A stretch of 64,000 nucleotides of DNA from an uncultured Fibrobacteria bacterium. Lineage in GTDB: Bacteria > Fibrobacterota > Fibrobacteria > UBA11236. Shown here in pieces: positions 45,996 to 55,985 of the stretch. The position numbers were made by a program, and so were the translations under genes. A model generated the notes under the pieces. It searched no databases. It saw only the letters and a program-made list of their open reading frames with translations, and had not been told where the DNA came from. How positions within the stretch are numbered: position 1 is the first letter of the stretch; every line of letters starts with the position of its first letter. The DNA lies in assembly GCA_963716395.1 (NCBI GenBank), contig OY970309.1:832001-896000 (forward strand), in the 5' to 3' direction.

Positions 45996-48647
45996 TTACG
46001 ATGAAGCCGCCGCATCGGCACCCGCATCGCGCTGCAAATGCACCAATTGCAGCAGCGCGTCGACCGGGGTCAAGCTGTTCACGTCCAGCGCCATCAGGGC
46101 TTCGAAAACCGCGCGATGCCGCGGATTTTCCGCGGCCGCGGCGCCGTGGCCCGACGGTTTGAACAGGTCGATTTGCTGCAAGGTCTCGCGGCTGCCGCTG
46201 CGCCCTTCGCCCGCGTAGGGGCGCAGCGGCGAACCGCCGGCTTCGAGCGCGTCTAGAATTTCCCGGGCGCGGCCGATGACGGGTTCGGGCACTCCTGCCA
46301 TGCGCGCCACCTGAATGCCGTAACTGGAGTCGCAGGCGCCTTCGATCACCCGGTGCAGAAACACCACCTCGCCGCCGGTTTCGCGCACCGTAACCTGAAC
46401 GTTGCGGACGCGCGCCAGTTTCTCTGCCAGCAGCGTCAGCTCGTGGTAATGCGTGGCGAACAAAGTGCGCGCCCCCAGGGCCGGATTTTCATGCAGCGCC
46501 TCGGCGATGGCCCAGGCCAGCGACAGGCCGTCATAGGTGCTGGTGCCGCGGCCGATTTCGTCGAGCAGCACCAGGCTGTGCGGCGTGGCGTGGCGCAGGA
46601 TGGCCGCGGTTTCGATCATTTCCACCATGAAGGTGCTCTGGCCTTTGGCCAGGCGATCCGAGGCCCCCACGCGCGTGAAAATGCGGTCGACCAGTCCGAT
46701 ACGGGCGGCGTCGGCGGGCACGAACGAACCGATTTGGGCCAGCAGTACGATGAGCCCCGTCTGCCGCAGGTAGGTCGACTTGCCCGCCATATTGGGGCCG
46801 GTGACCAGCAGAATCTGCCGCTGCGCCGCATCGAGCTCGACGTCGTTGGCGATGAAGGCGCCCTCTTCGGCCAGCGCTTCCACCACCGGATGCCGGCCGC
46901 GCACGATGCGCAGCACCGCCTCGGCGGCGATCTCGGGCCGGCAAAAGCGCAGTTCGGCCGCGTTGAGGGCCAACGATTGCAGCACGTCGACCACGCTCAG
47001 CGCCGCCGCCGCCGCCAGCAGCACCGGCGCGTCGCGCGCCACGGCCTCGCGCAAGCCGCAGAACAATTTGTATTCCAGCGCGTTGATTTCGCTTTCGGCC
47101 CCGAGAATGCGGCTCTCCCACTCCTTCATCTCCGGCGTGATGTAGCGTTCGCCGCCCACCAGGCTTTGCTTGCGCAAATAATGCGGCGGCACCTTGTCTT
47201 CCTGGGCTTTGGTGACTTCGAGGTAATACCCGAACACCTTGTTGAATCCCACCTTGAGGCTGGGAATGCCGGTGGCTTCGCGCTCGCGCGCCTGCAGTCC
47301 GTTCAGCCACTCGCGTCCGGCGCGAATGCCCTCATGCAAGGCGTCGAGTTCGGGAAAGGCGCCGGGCCGGATCATACCGCCTTCACGCACGGTGAGCGGC
47401 GGATGCTCGGTGAACAAAACCGCCCATTCGGCGCCGCGGGTTCCCAGCGCCGCCAGCGCGCGGCGGCTTTCCGCGTACAAAGGGGCTTGCAGCCGGGCCA
47501 GCACTTCGGCCGCCTTGCCGGCTTCGACCAGCGACAGGGCCAACCCCAACAGATCGCGCGCGTTCACGCGCCCGGCTCCGGCACGCGCCACGATGCGTTC
47601 GATGTCGCCCACCCCCTGCAAATGCTGGCGCAAGGCCCGCCCGGCTTCAGGTCGCCGCAGGCCTTCTTCCACCGCGTCGAGGCGCGTTTCGATTTCCGCG
47701 CGGTCGCGCAGCGGATGCGTCAGCCAATGCTTGAACAGCCGGCCCCCCATGGCGGTCACCGTGCGATCGAGCCGGTGGAACAGGGTGCCGTCTTCGTCAT
47801 CGCCGTGCAGGGGCCGCACCAATTCGAGGTTGCGCACGGTGGCGGCATCGAGGGTCATGGCGCGCTCGAAACGCGTGGGCGTGAGCTTGACCAGATGCGT
47901 CAACTCCGACTTCTTGCTTTCGCGCACATAGGCCAGAGCGGCCGCGGCCGCCCGCAGGCCCAACGGCCAATGCGCGCAGTCGAAGGCTTCGAGCGACTGC
48001 ACCTGAAAATGCCGCTGCAAGAGGGCGACGCCCTGATCGAGATGGAAGTAGCCCTTGGACAGGGCGGTGAGGGGAAGGCGTTCGCGGCCCGGCCGGCGGC
48101 TCAAGGCCGGGGGAATTTCCACGGCTTCGGGGTAGAGAAGCTCCTGCGCGTTCAGGCGGTCGACTTCGCCCGACACCTCTTCGAGGCTGCCTTCGGCCAC
48201 GAAGAACTGGCCGGTGCTGAGATCGAGGGCGGAAAAGCCGTAACGGTTCTCCCCCGGATACACGGCCGCCAAAAAATTGTTGGTTTTGGCGTCGAGATAG
48301 TTTTCCGACAAGGCCGTGCCGCGCGTCACGATTTCGGTGACTTCGCGTTTGACCACGCCCTTGGCCAGAGCCGGGTCTTCGGTTTGTTCGCATACCGCCA
48401 CCTTGTAACCGGCGGCGATGAGCTTGGGCAAATACCGCTCCACCGCATGGTGCGGAAAGCCCGCCAGCGGCGTGGGATCTTTGCCGCCGTGGTTGCGGCG
48501 CGTCAAGGTCAAGCCCAGTACGCGCGCCGCGGTCACCGCATCCTCGTGGAACAATTCGTAGAAGTCGCCCATGCGGTAGAGCAGCAGGCTATCCGGGTAG
48601 GCTGCTTTGATCTCGAGATATTGCTTCATCATGGGCGTGTCGGACAT
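45996..48647 (-). CDS. mutS: DNA mismatch repair protein MutS
   Basis: TPMMKQY, RMGDFYELF, GPNMAGKSTYLRQ, STFMVEM, DEIGRGTST, ATHYHEL. Confidence 0.98.
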   Translation of the reverse strand: MSDTPMMKQYLEIKAAYPDSLLLYRMGDFYELFHEDAVTAARVLGLTLTRRNHGGKDPTPLAGFPHHAVERYLPKLIAAGYKVAVCEQTEDPALAKGVVKREVTEIVTRGTALSENYLDAKTNNFLAAVYPGENRYGFSALDLSTGQFFVAEGSLEEVSGEVDRLNAQELLYPEAVEIPPALSRRPGRERLPLTALSKGYFHLDQGVALLQRHFQVQSLEAFDCAHWPLGLRAAAAALAYVRESKKSELTHLVKLTPTRFERAMTLDAATVRNLELVRPLHGDDEDGTLFHRLDRTVTAMGGRLFKHWLTHPLRDRAEIETRLDAVEEGLRRPEAGRALRQHLQGVGDIERIVARAGAGRVNARDLLGLALSLVEAGKAAEVLARLQAPLYAESRRALAALGTRGAEWAVLFTEHPPLTVREGGMIRPGAFPELDALHEGIRAGREWLNGLQAREREATGIPSLKVGFNKVFGYYLEVTKAQEDKVPPHYLRKQSLVGGERYITPEMKEWESRILGAESEINALEYKLFCGLREAVARDAPVLLAAAAALSVVDVLQSLALNAAELRFCRPEIAAEAVLRIVRGRHPVVEALAEEGAFIANDVELDAAQRQILLVTGPNMAGKSTYLRQTGLIVLLAQIGSFVPADAARIGLVDRIFTRVGASDRLAKGQSTFMVEMIETAAILRHATPHSLVLLDEIGRGTSTYDGLSLAWAIAEALHENPALGARTLFATHYHELTLLAEKLARVRNVQVTVRETGGEVVFLHRVIEGACDSSYGIQVARMAGVPEPVIGRAREILDALEAGGSPLRPYAGEGRSGSRETLQQIDLFKPSGHGAAAAENPRHRAVFEALMALDVNSLTPVDALLQLVHLQRDAGADAAASS

Positions 48648-48999
48648 GGCGGAAAAGGTAGAACGCCCGGCCGGGCCCGGTTTCTGCGCGCGGCCCGCTT
48701 CGCGGCGCCGGGCTTCGATTGATTTCGCGTCGCCATCGGGTGCTGGCGCGGTGGAAAGGCATTACGGGGGAACCGCCACGCGGCGCGGAAGGAAAACCAC
48801 ACAATTCCCAACGGTCCCAAAAACTCTACCGCATGCTACGGATGGATTCCCAACTTTCGGGTCAAACGATGCAATCTTCGCATACGACACCGCTTGAAAA
48901 GCGCGGGGAAATATCCGGCCCGAATTTATTGTTGCGGAACAAACCTAGAGCATTTCCGCCGCGCTGCATGCCGCGGCGGGGTTCACCGGGGTCCACGAT

Positions 49000-49548
49000 A
49001 TGAAAAGGTTCGATACCAGCGCGCTGCCCGCAAAAACCACCACCAAAAGCCTTGGTTCATCCAGGCCGGGAAAGGCCATCCGCCGGATGCCACGGGTGCG
49101 AAACGTCTGGCCGGCCGGTTGCCTGCTTTTAGGTCTGGCCTGCGGATCGGCCCAGGCCCAGAGCGCAGCAGGGCCGAACACCTACCCATCGGCGGCACGC
49201 GCGCTGCCGATGCAGGAGGCTTCCGACCCTTCCGGTATCCGGCAGCCCCTGGCCTTCGCCTTCCGCGGCCCAGCCTTTCGCGAGGCTTTCCGGAAACGGG
49301 GCGCCGCCCTCGATAACTTTATCTATACGGCGCCGGAGTCCGCCGATCTGCCCACCGAGCGGCCGGCCGCGCGTCCGTCTCGGTCTTCGCAGACGGCGGC
49401 TCCGGCTTCCCCGTCCGGTTCCAATGTCAAATGGAAAGTGGTCGGCGATATCGCACTGACGGTGGGAATCGGAATCGCCGGATTTCTGCTTCTTTCCCGT
49501 TCCGATAACCTGTCCCCGACCGGCGCGACCGGCGCCGGAGCCAATTAA
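49000..49548 (+). CDS. Hypothetical protein with signal-like segment and C-terminal hydrophobic helix
   Basis: 182-aa ORF divergent from mutS; start uncertain. Confidence 0.5.
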   Translation: MKRFDTSALPAKTTTKSLGSSRPGKAIRRMPRVRNVWPAGCLLLGLACGSAQAQSAAGPNTYPSAARALPMQEASDPSGIRQPLAFAFRGPAFREAFRKRGAALDNFIYTAPESADLPTERPAARPSRSSQTAAPASPSGSNVKWKVVGDIALTVGIGIAGFLLLSRSDNLSPTGATGAGAN

Positions 49549-49717
49549 TAAACGATATGGCCCGGCCTCGCCAACCCGGATTCGAAGGCGGCCTTGTGGG
49601 CCGTCCCTAAATCGCGCCGACGCGTGAGCCGAAAAAACTCGGCTTTCCCAAGCCTTGCTGGGCCTTGTTTCCCGCGCCCCGGACAGATACGATTAAAGTC
49701 GATTCAGGTGGGGTTGC

Positions 49718-50842
49718 ATGGAAAAATCGCGTTGGGCCGCCATCGTCGCGTGCGGAATTGCCACAGCGCTTCCGCAAGCCATCCGTTGCCCGTCCTTATT
49801 GAATGAACAAATCTTTCCCGCCGACAACGCCTGGCATTACGACATCTCGCAATTTCCCCTCGCGCCGAATTCCGACAGCCTGGTGGCTTGGGTGGGCGCA
49901 AGCACCGATCTCCATCCCGATTTCGGAACCGTATATCTCGGCGCGCCCAACGGCATCCCCTACAACACGGTGGGCGCGGGCGCCGCGAAAGTCCCCATCC
50001 AATTCACGGCCTATGGGAACGAAAGCGATCCGGGCCCGTATCCGATTCCGCCGGACGCCTTTATCGAAGGCGGATCGCAAAGCACCGGGGATCGCCACGT
50101 CTTGGTGGTCGACACCTCGGCCCACATGCTCTACGAACTCGACAACGCCTTTCCCCAGAACTCGGGTTGGAGTGCGGATTGCGGCGCGGTGTTCAATTTA
50201 CGGTCGGATTCGCTGCGGCCCGCCACCTGGACTTCGGCCGACGCCGCCGGCCTTCCCATTCTGGCCGGCTTGGTGCGCTATGACGAAACCGAGATCCGGG
50301 GAGAGATCGATCACGCCCTGCGCATGACGGCGGAGTTTACCCAACATCGCTTCTTATTTCCGGCCCGCCATCAGGCGGGTAACACCAGCGATACCAACGC
50401 CCCGTCGATGGGCCAGCGCTTCCGCCTCAAGGCGGGTTTCGACACCACGGGGTTTCCCGCCTCGGTGCAGCCCATTTTGCGGGCCATGAAGAAGTATGGT
50501 CTCATCGTGGCCGACAATGGCAGCAACTGGTACTTCTCCGGCGCGCCCGACGATCGCTGGTCCGACGACGATCTCAACTCGCTGAAGCAACTGCAGGGCT
50601 CCGACTTCGAGGCCGTGCTTTCGGTCGACGCCGCGGGCAACCCTATCCGCCCCGCGGCTGTGCGCGCCGACTACAGCCTGCGCCCCCGTATGCGCGCCCC
50701 GGGTCTGGCCTTGCTCCTGGGACACGACGCCCGCCTCACCGGCGCGGAAATCGAATCGCTGCTGGGCCGGCGCGGATATGCAACCGGCGAAGGTGTGGCC
50801 GTGCTGCCGGCGCCCGCCCTTCGATCGCTTCCGTCGCCTTAA
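49718..50842 (+). CDS. Exported conserved hypothetical protein
   Basis: Signal peptide; ESDPGPYPIP, GDRH, WTSADAAGLPI, YGLIVADNG; basic C-terminal tail with LLGR. Confidence 0.8.
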   Translation: MEKSRWAAIVACGIATALPQAIRCPSLLNEQIFPADNAWHYDISQFPLAPNSDSLVAWVGASTDLHPDFGTVYLGAPNGIPYNTVGAGAAKVPIQFTAYGNESDPGPYPIPPDAFIEGGSQSTGDRHVLVVDTSAHMLYELDNAFPQNSGWSADCGAVFNLRSDSLRPATWTSADAAGLPILAGLVRYDETEIRGEIDHALRMTAEFTQHRFLFPARHQAGNTSDTNAPSMGQRFRLKAGFDTTGFPASVQPILRAMKKYGLIVADNGSNWYFSGAPDDRWSDDDLNSLKQLQGSDFEAVLSVDAAGNPIRPAAVRADYSLRPRMRAPGLALLLGHDARLTGAEIESLLGRRGYATGEGVAVLPAPALRSLPSP

Positions 50843-50900
50843 GACCGGGCTTGCGCGGCCGGCGCGTATGCGGTTAAGTTTCAGACGCAAAGGGGTACAC

Positions 50901-51137
50901 ATGGGTTACCGGGGATCTTCCAATTACGACGAACGCGACAAGTTGTTCGAACGCAGCCAACGGGAAAAACCGATACAACACACACAAATCAAAAAAGACT
51001 TGGAAAATTTGTTTCATAAACCCAAGGTCGTCGATTTGTGCACCAAGGGGCACGCCTGGATTCGCGATTGGGACGGCCAATACAAGTGCGTCCGTTGCAA
51101 AACCCCGAAACCCGCGTCTTCTTTTCCGAAAGCCTAG
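50901..51137 (+). CDS. Small putative zinc-finger protein (78 aa)
   Basis: AAGGGG RBS; CTKGH..CVRC. Confidence 0.65.
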   Translation: MGYRGSSNYDERDKLFERSQREKPIQHTQIKKDLENLFHKPKVVDLCTKGHAWIRDWDGQYKCVRCKTPKPASSFPKA

Positions 51138-51830
51138 ATGCGACGCGGCGCGTGGGCGCAAACGGCCCGCCAATTGGCGGCGCCGGGGCTTATGCTGCAG
51201 GCTTTGGCCATCGGCGCGGTGGTGGCCTATTATTTTCTGGCGCCCTGGCGGCAATGGCTGACGGAACTCTCGGCCTGGCGGGCCGAGTTCGGGCTGGGAT
51301 TCAGCCTCGTTTCCACCGCACTGTGCGGCGGACTCTTTCCCTTCGCCTATCTGCATGCACGGGCCGACACGCGCGCCGCCAATCCCATGCGGCACCTTTG
51401 GTTCCATCTTTCCTTCTGGGGCTATAAGGGACTTGAGGTCGATTTGTTCTACCGCTTTCAGGCCTGGCTGTTCGGCGGCCGGCCCGGCGTGGCCACCGTC
51501 TTCCGCAAGGTCTTCCTCGATCAAATGGTGTATACGCCGTTCTGGTCCATTCCCATCATGTTGATCGCCTATCGCTGGAAAGAAGCAGGATTCCAAAGCG
51601 CCGGGTTTTTCCGCACCGACTGGCGGCTGCTGGCGCGGCAAGCCTATCCGCCCGCGGTTTTGTCGTGCTGGCTGGTGTGGATTCCCGCCGTGGCCGCGGT
51701 GTACAGCCTGCCGCTGCCCCTACAAATTCCGCTGTTTAACCTGGAGCTGTGTTTTTGGACCTTATTGTTCACCAGGTTAACGCAACCCGGGGAAACGGCC
51801 TCCGGAAGGATTGCGGTAAAAGTTGTATAA
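51138..51830 (+). CDS. Mpv17/PMP22-like membrane protein
   Basis: KVFLDQMVYTP, WLVWIPA, LPLPLQIPLFN..FW. Confidence 0.75.
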   Translation: MRRGAWAQTARQLAAPGLMLQALAIGAVVAYYFLAPWRQWLTELSAWRAEFGLGFSLVSTALCGGLFPFAYLHARADTRAANPMRHLWFHLSFWGYKGLEVDLFYRFQAWLFGGRPGVATVFRKVFLDQMVYTPFWSIPIMLIAYRWKEAGFQSAGFFRTDWRLLARQAYPPAVLSCWLVWIPAVAAVYSLPLPLQIPLFNLELCFWTLLFTRLTQPGETASGRIAVKVV

Positions 51831-51837
51831 CCAAGGC

Positions 51838-52647
51838 ATGCCGGCGGACTTCGACTTCCTGATGCGTCGCCTATGGTGCGACTACGCCGCGCTGAATCCG
51901 CAGGCGGCGCGCATCCATGCCTTGCTTTCGGCCCGCGGCGAAACCGTTGTCAACGATCACATCGCCTTCCGCACCTTGGATACGCCCGCGGTCGGCCTCG
52001 ACGCGCTTTCGCGGGTCTTTCTGCGCTTCGGCTATGCCTTCGGCGGCGCCTACGACTTTCCCGATCGGCACGTGCGCGCCGTGCATCTGCAGCATGCCGA
52101 CGCAGCCCGGCCCAAAATCTTCCTCAGCGAATTGCTCGCCTCCGCCCTGCCGGCGGGGCTGCACTCCATCCTGCTCGGCCTGCTCAATCAAATCTCCCCG
52201 GCCTTTCTCGCGGATCCGTTTTGGTGCGCCGCCGGCCGGCCCTGGAACCTCGCGCGCGCCGATTACGAAGCCCTGGCGCGCGCCAGCGAATATGCGGCCT
52301 GGTTGGCGGCCTTCGGCTTTGGCGCCAACCATTTCACGGTTTCGGCCAATGCGCTGCACACCTTCGCGTCGCTGCGGGAACTCAATGCTTTTCTGCAAGC
52401 CCAAGGCTTCGCGCTGAACGCCGACGGCGGCGAGATCAAGGGCGGCCCGGAGGTGTACCTGGAGCAAAGCTCCACCTTGGCGCCCGCGGTACGCGTCGGT
52501 TTTGCTGATGAGACGGCCGACATTCCCGGGTGCTATTACGAATTCGCCCTGCGCCACCGGCTGCCGTCGGGCGCCCGGTTTGAAGGATTCGTGGCCTATA
52601 GCGCGGCGCGCATTTTCACCAGCACCGATCGGCGCACCGCCGCCTAG
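51838..52647 (+). CDS. DUF1338 family protein (2-oxoadipate dioxygenase/decarboxylase-like)
   Basis: NDHIAFRT, NHFT, LEQSST, YYEFA. Confidence 0.85.
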   Translation: MPADFDFLMRRLWCDYAALNPQAARIHALLSARGETVVNDHIAFRTLDTPAVGLDALSRVFLRFGYAFGGAYDFPDRHVRAVHLQHADAARPKIFLSELLASALPAGLHSILLGLLNQISPAFLADPFWCAAGRPWNLARADYEALARASEYAAWLAAFGFGANHFTVSANALHTFASLRELNAFLQAQGFALNADGGEIKGGPEVYLEQSSTLAPAVRVGFADETADIPGCYYEFALRHRLPSGARFEGFVAYSAARIFTSTDRRTAA

Positions 52648-52747
52648 TAGCGGCAGCCTTCGCCTCGCCGCGTGTAACTTCAAGTTTGGAAAGTAGGGTT
52701 TTCGAAACCCGCTTTCCGCGGCTATTTTTCAGGTCTCGGGGCAAACT

Positions 52748-52963
52748 ATGGATCGAAGCCAAATCATGGAGCGGGGACTGAACGTGGTATTTTTCGGCGC
52801 AGCCTTGTTCCTGCTTTTCGTCACGGTGTTGGTGTGGCGTGCGGCGGTGCAGATACGCGCCATGCGTCACCGGCTCGAAGAGCTGCGCCGCACCCTGCAG
52901 CGTCAGCAGACGCGCGATCTGGAAGCGGTTTCCGGCGTCGACGATTGGGTACCGCGCCGGTAA
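52748..52963 (+). CDS. Small single-TM hypothetical protein
   Basis: 71 aa, TM plus coiled tail; overlaps convergent gene by 61 nt. Confidence 0.45.
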   Translation: MDRSQIMERGLNVVFFGAALFLLFVTVLVWRAAVQIRAMRHRLEELRRTLQRQQTRDLEAVSGVDDWVPRR

Positions 52964-53973
52964 CGTAGCCAGCCGTGTTCGCGGGCCAGGGCCCAGGCCC
53001 AGCAGGTTGCAGCCACGCCGAGCAGCACGGTATCGCCCAGCCAGGCCGTGTGCAAAGGCTGCATGCCGAAGCGCACCACGATGAGCGCCAGCAAAAACAA
53101 ATGCAGGATATAAGCCCCCAAGGCATGGCGGCCCAAGGCGAAAAACCGCCGGCACCAGGCTTCTGGCAGACGCACCCAGCGCCCCAGCCCCAGCGTCGCG
53201 ACATGCGCGCCCAGACATTGCAACGCCAGTAGCGGCCGCAAGTTGTAGTAGCCGACGTGGAGCGGGGCGCCGCGCCCGAACAGCGGCGGCGCCAGCAGGC
53301 GGGCCGCGTCGCTGCGGCCCAGCGGCGCGGTAAACAGCGGCTCCCATCCGTAGCGGTAGGGCAGATACAAGGCGGCCGCCAGGCCGGGCAGTATCAGCCA
53401 GGTTACGATGCGGGGCGCGCGTTGCGCCGCCAACCCCCACAACGCGCCCGCCAAGGTAAAGAGCAGAAGCGGGAACCACGGGCTGTCCCCCGATACCCAG
53501 AGAAAGGGGTGGCCGCCGACGCGGTCGATGGCGCAAAACGCCGCGACGCCGAACGCCAGCGCTGCGCCCAGCCACCAGGCCGGCCGTCGCCGGCGCACAA
53601 GTAAGCCGACGCCCAAAATGCCAAAGGCAATGGTGCATAGAATGCCGCTGGAAACCAGGACGTCGGGCCAGCGCACGTTTTCTTCCAGGGAAAAAAACAC
53701 CGCGGAAATCAGCCACAATCCCACCGCCCGTCGTGCCTGGCGGCGATACCAAGCGCCGGCGTCCGGCGCTTTGGCGAGCGAATAGGTGAGCGAAACACCC
53801 ACCAGCATGAGGAACAAGGTGGGAATCAGGGGTTCGAACAAAAGCGCGTCATAGCACCAGGCGGGGCGGATCGCGAAAGAAATCATGCGGCTGGTATGCG
53901 ACGACATCATGCCCAACACCGCCAAGGTGCGCAAAGCGTCGAGGCCCGGTTCGCGCCGCGCCGCCCCGGTCAT
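52903..53973 (-). CDS. DUF1624 / HGSNAT-like membrane acyltransferase-family protein
   Basis: LDALRTLAVLGMMSSH, FLMLVGVS, LGRHALGAYILH. Confidence 0.78.
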   Translation of the reverse strand: MTGAARREPGLDALRTLAVLGMMSSHTSRMISFAIRPAWCYDALLFEPLIPTLFLMLVGVSLTYSLAKAPDAGAWYRRQARRAVGLWLISAVFFSLEENVRWPDVLVSSGILCTIAFGILGVGLLVRRRRPAWWLGAALAFGVAAFCAIDRVGGHPFLWVSGDSPWFPLLLFTLAGALWGLAAQRAPRIVTWLILPGLAAALYLPYRYGWEPLFTAPLGRSDAARLLAPPLFGRGAPLHVGYYNLRPLLALQCLGAHVATLGLGRWVRLPEAWCRRFFALGRHALGAYILHLFLLALIVVRFGMQPLHTAWLGDTVLLGVAATCWAWALAREHGWLRYRRGTQSSTPETASRSRVC

Positions 53974-55985
53974 GGCGCCGCCCCTGCCTGTGCTACGTAC
54001 TGGCGCACGCCGTTCAGGTAATCCCGGGTATTGGCGTAGCGCGTAAACCCCCAATGCCGCCAGCCTTCGACGATCACCGGTAACATCAAGGTGTCTCCCG
54101 GCATCAAGGAATCGAGCGCGCGGCCCGGATTATGTTTGAGGAACAGCCAATAGGGAATGTCGTGATCCTGGGCGAAGCTCCAGATATTCAGGCCGCGCGT
54201 GACCACCAGCGGCTCCAGCGAGTCCACGTGGTAGCGGGAATAGAAATCCTCCTCGCGGCCGCGAAAGTATTCTTCGCGGCGGCGCAGAAAAACAGCGGCG
54301 GCGGCCGAATCCATCCGCAGATGCAAGACGCGACCAATGTGGAAATCATGCCGCCGCAGATGGTTCTCGCGCCGGATTTCGGCGCCGTACAGACCACTCC
54401 AATCGGAGAAATGCGACAGGGTTTCTTCGGGGCCGACCCGCACCGTGAGCACGCCGTCGGCGTATTGATGCTCGAGATGGTAAACCGTCGGGTCGAAGCG
54501 ATCCCAGGGATGGGCCACTGTTTCCCAATCGGAAAGTTGCAGGGCAAAAGCCGAATCCACGTCGATTTCCGAAGGAGGAACCGGGGGCGGGGGCGGCGGT
54601 GGCGACGGCGCGGGCGGCGGTGGCGCCGGGGGTGCCAGCGCCTCGGATTGCGAGGCATAGCGCGGGACCAGCGCCGGAGACGACGGCGTCGATGGACGCA
54701 GATAGGTTTGCCGTTTCACGGGAGCGGCGGGCGGAGCCGCCGCCGCCAGAGTCGGCTGGGCGCGCGCTTTGTCCGCCACCGTGGTCGCGGGCGGCGTCAC
54801 CGGCTTGCGCGCGGCCAGGGCCAACCGCGCGGCTGCGAGATGGGCGGCCAGAGCGGTCGTGTCGATGTGCAGGGGCAGCCGCAGATGGTAGCCCTTGGGA
54901 AGCCAGGCGCCGTTGCGGAAAATCGACGGGCGCAAAGCCAGATTGAATTGTTCGAGGTCGGCGAGCGAAAGACCCGCGCCGTCGGCCACGGCTCGGGTCG
55001 ATACGGGTTTGGACGGCGTCCAGATCTGGAAGGCCAGGGGCGTCCACTTCTGCAGATGGGGAAATAAACTGTCGGCCAGCATAGCCAGGCTCGAAGCCGC
55101 CAAAAATTCGGCGTAAAAGTTGCGTGAAGCAAACCCGAAGGTGTTGGAGTAATAGCTTTGCAGAATGGTGCCCATGTCGGTCGTGTGCGTGACGGCCACG
55201 GCCTTGGCCACGCCTTCAGGCCCGTGGTTGTAGGCCATCACGGCGAGCGGCCAATTCTTGACGATCCCGTAACAGCGCGACAGCATCTGCGCCGCCGCCG
55301 CGGTCGACACCAGCGGATCGCGGCGCTCGTCGATGTAATAGCCGACCTTCAGGAATTTCCGGCCGGTCGATTTCATGAATTGCCACATGCCCGCTGCGCC
55401 CACACGCGAATAGGCATCGGGATGAAAAGACGATTCCACATGCGGCAGATATTGCAAGCGGCCGGGCACGCCGGCGGCGGCGAATATCGAATCGATGAGG
55501 GGCAGGTAGCGGTAGGATCGCTCCAACCCCTGCACGAAGCGATCGCGCAAGCCCCGTTGAAACCGCACCCGCTGCGCGCACAGTTCGATGGCCGTGCTGT
55601 CCCATTCCGGCGGAATCAGGGCATGCAGCCGCCGCTGCTCGGCGGTCCACTGCGTCGTGTCGCGGTGCTCCAGGGCGCGGAGATCCGCTTGCAGGCTGCG
55701 CAATGCGGTCTGCACGGAGCGCCGCCCCTCGGCGGCCGGAGCCGCCACCTTGCGGAACAGGATGGACGGATACATGGGATCATGCAGCCAGCCTTCGTCC
55801 GCGCTGGTGTGCCAGTAAATTTCCACCCAAAAGCGCGCCTGCTGCCGCACGTAGGCGTCGGCGGGAAAGGTATCGTCGACCACCAGCGGCAGTCCGTTTA
55901 AATCCAAGACTTTGCGGTTTTGACTATGCGCGGCCGCGACGGCCAGGGCGCAGAGGCAGAAGAATACGCGCAGGCCGCGACTCAA
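53970..55985 (-). CDS. MltD-like lytic transglycosylase (SLT domain, Pro-rich linker, LysM-like C-terminus)
   Basis: LPHVESSF, AAGMWQFM, DERRDP, AYNHG, ASRNFY; TTG start inferred from overlap with upstream stop. Confidence 0.88.
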   Translation of the reverse strand: MSRGLRVFFCLCALAVAAAHSQNRKVLDLNGLPLVVDDTFPADAYVRQQARFWVEIYWHTSADEGWLHDPMYPSILFRKVAAPAAEGRRSVQTALRSLQADLRALEHRDTTQWTAEQRRLHALIPPEWDSTAIELCAQRVRFQRGLRDRFVQGLERSYRYLPLIDSIFAAAGVPGRLQYLPHVESSFHPDAYSRVGAAGMWQFMKSTGRKFLKVGYYIDERRDPLVSTAAAAQMLSRCYGIVKNWPLAVMAYNHGPEGVAKAVAVTHTTDMGTILQSYYSNTFGFASRNFYAEFLAASSLAMLADSLFPHLQKWTPLAFQIWTPSKPVSTRAVADGAGLSLADLEQFNLALRPSIFRNGAWLPKGYHLRLPLHIDTTALAAHLAAARLALAARKPVTPPATTVADKARAQPTLAAAAPPAAPVKRQTYLRPSTPSSPALVPRYASQSEALAPPAPPPPAPSPPPPPPPVPPSEIDVDSAFALQLSDWETVAHPWDRFDPTVYHLEHQYADGVLTVRVGPEETLSHFSDWSGLYGAEIRRENHLRRHDFHIGRVLHLRMDSAAAAVFLRRREEYFRGREEDFYSRYHVDSLEPLVVTRGLNIWSFAQDHDIPYWLFLKHNPGRALDSLMPGDTLMLPVIVEGWRHWGFTRYANTRDYLNGVRQYVAQAGAAP

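Noticed and set aside
46353-48722. Long antisense ORFs (789 aa opposite mutS; similar ones opposite lepA, nuo, TPR and response regulator genes)
   Set aside because: Expected shadow ORFs from high-GC codon bias opposite well-supported genes
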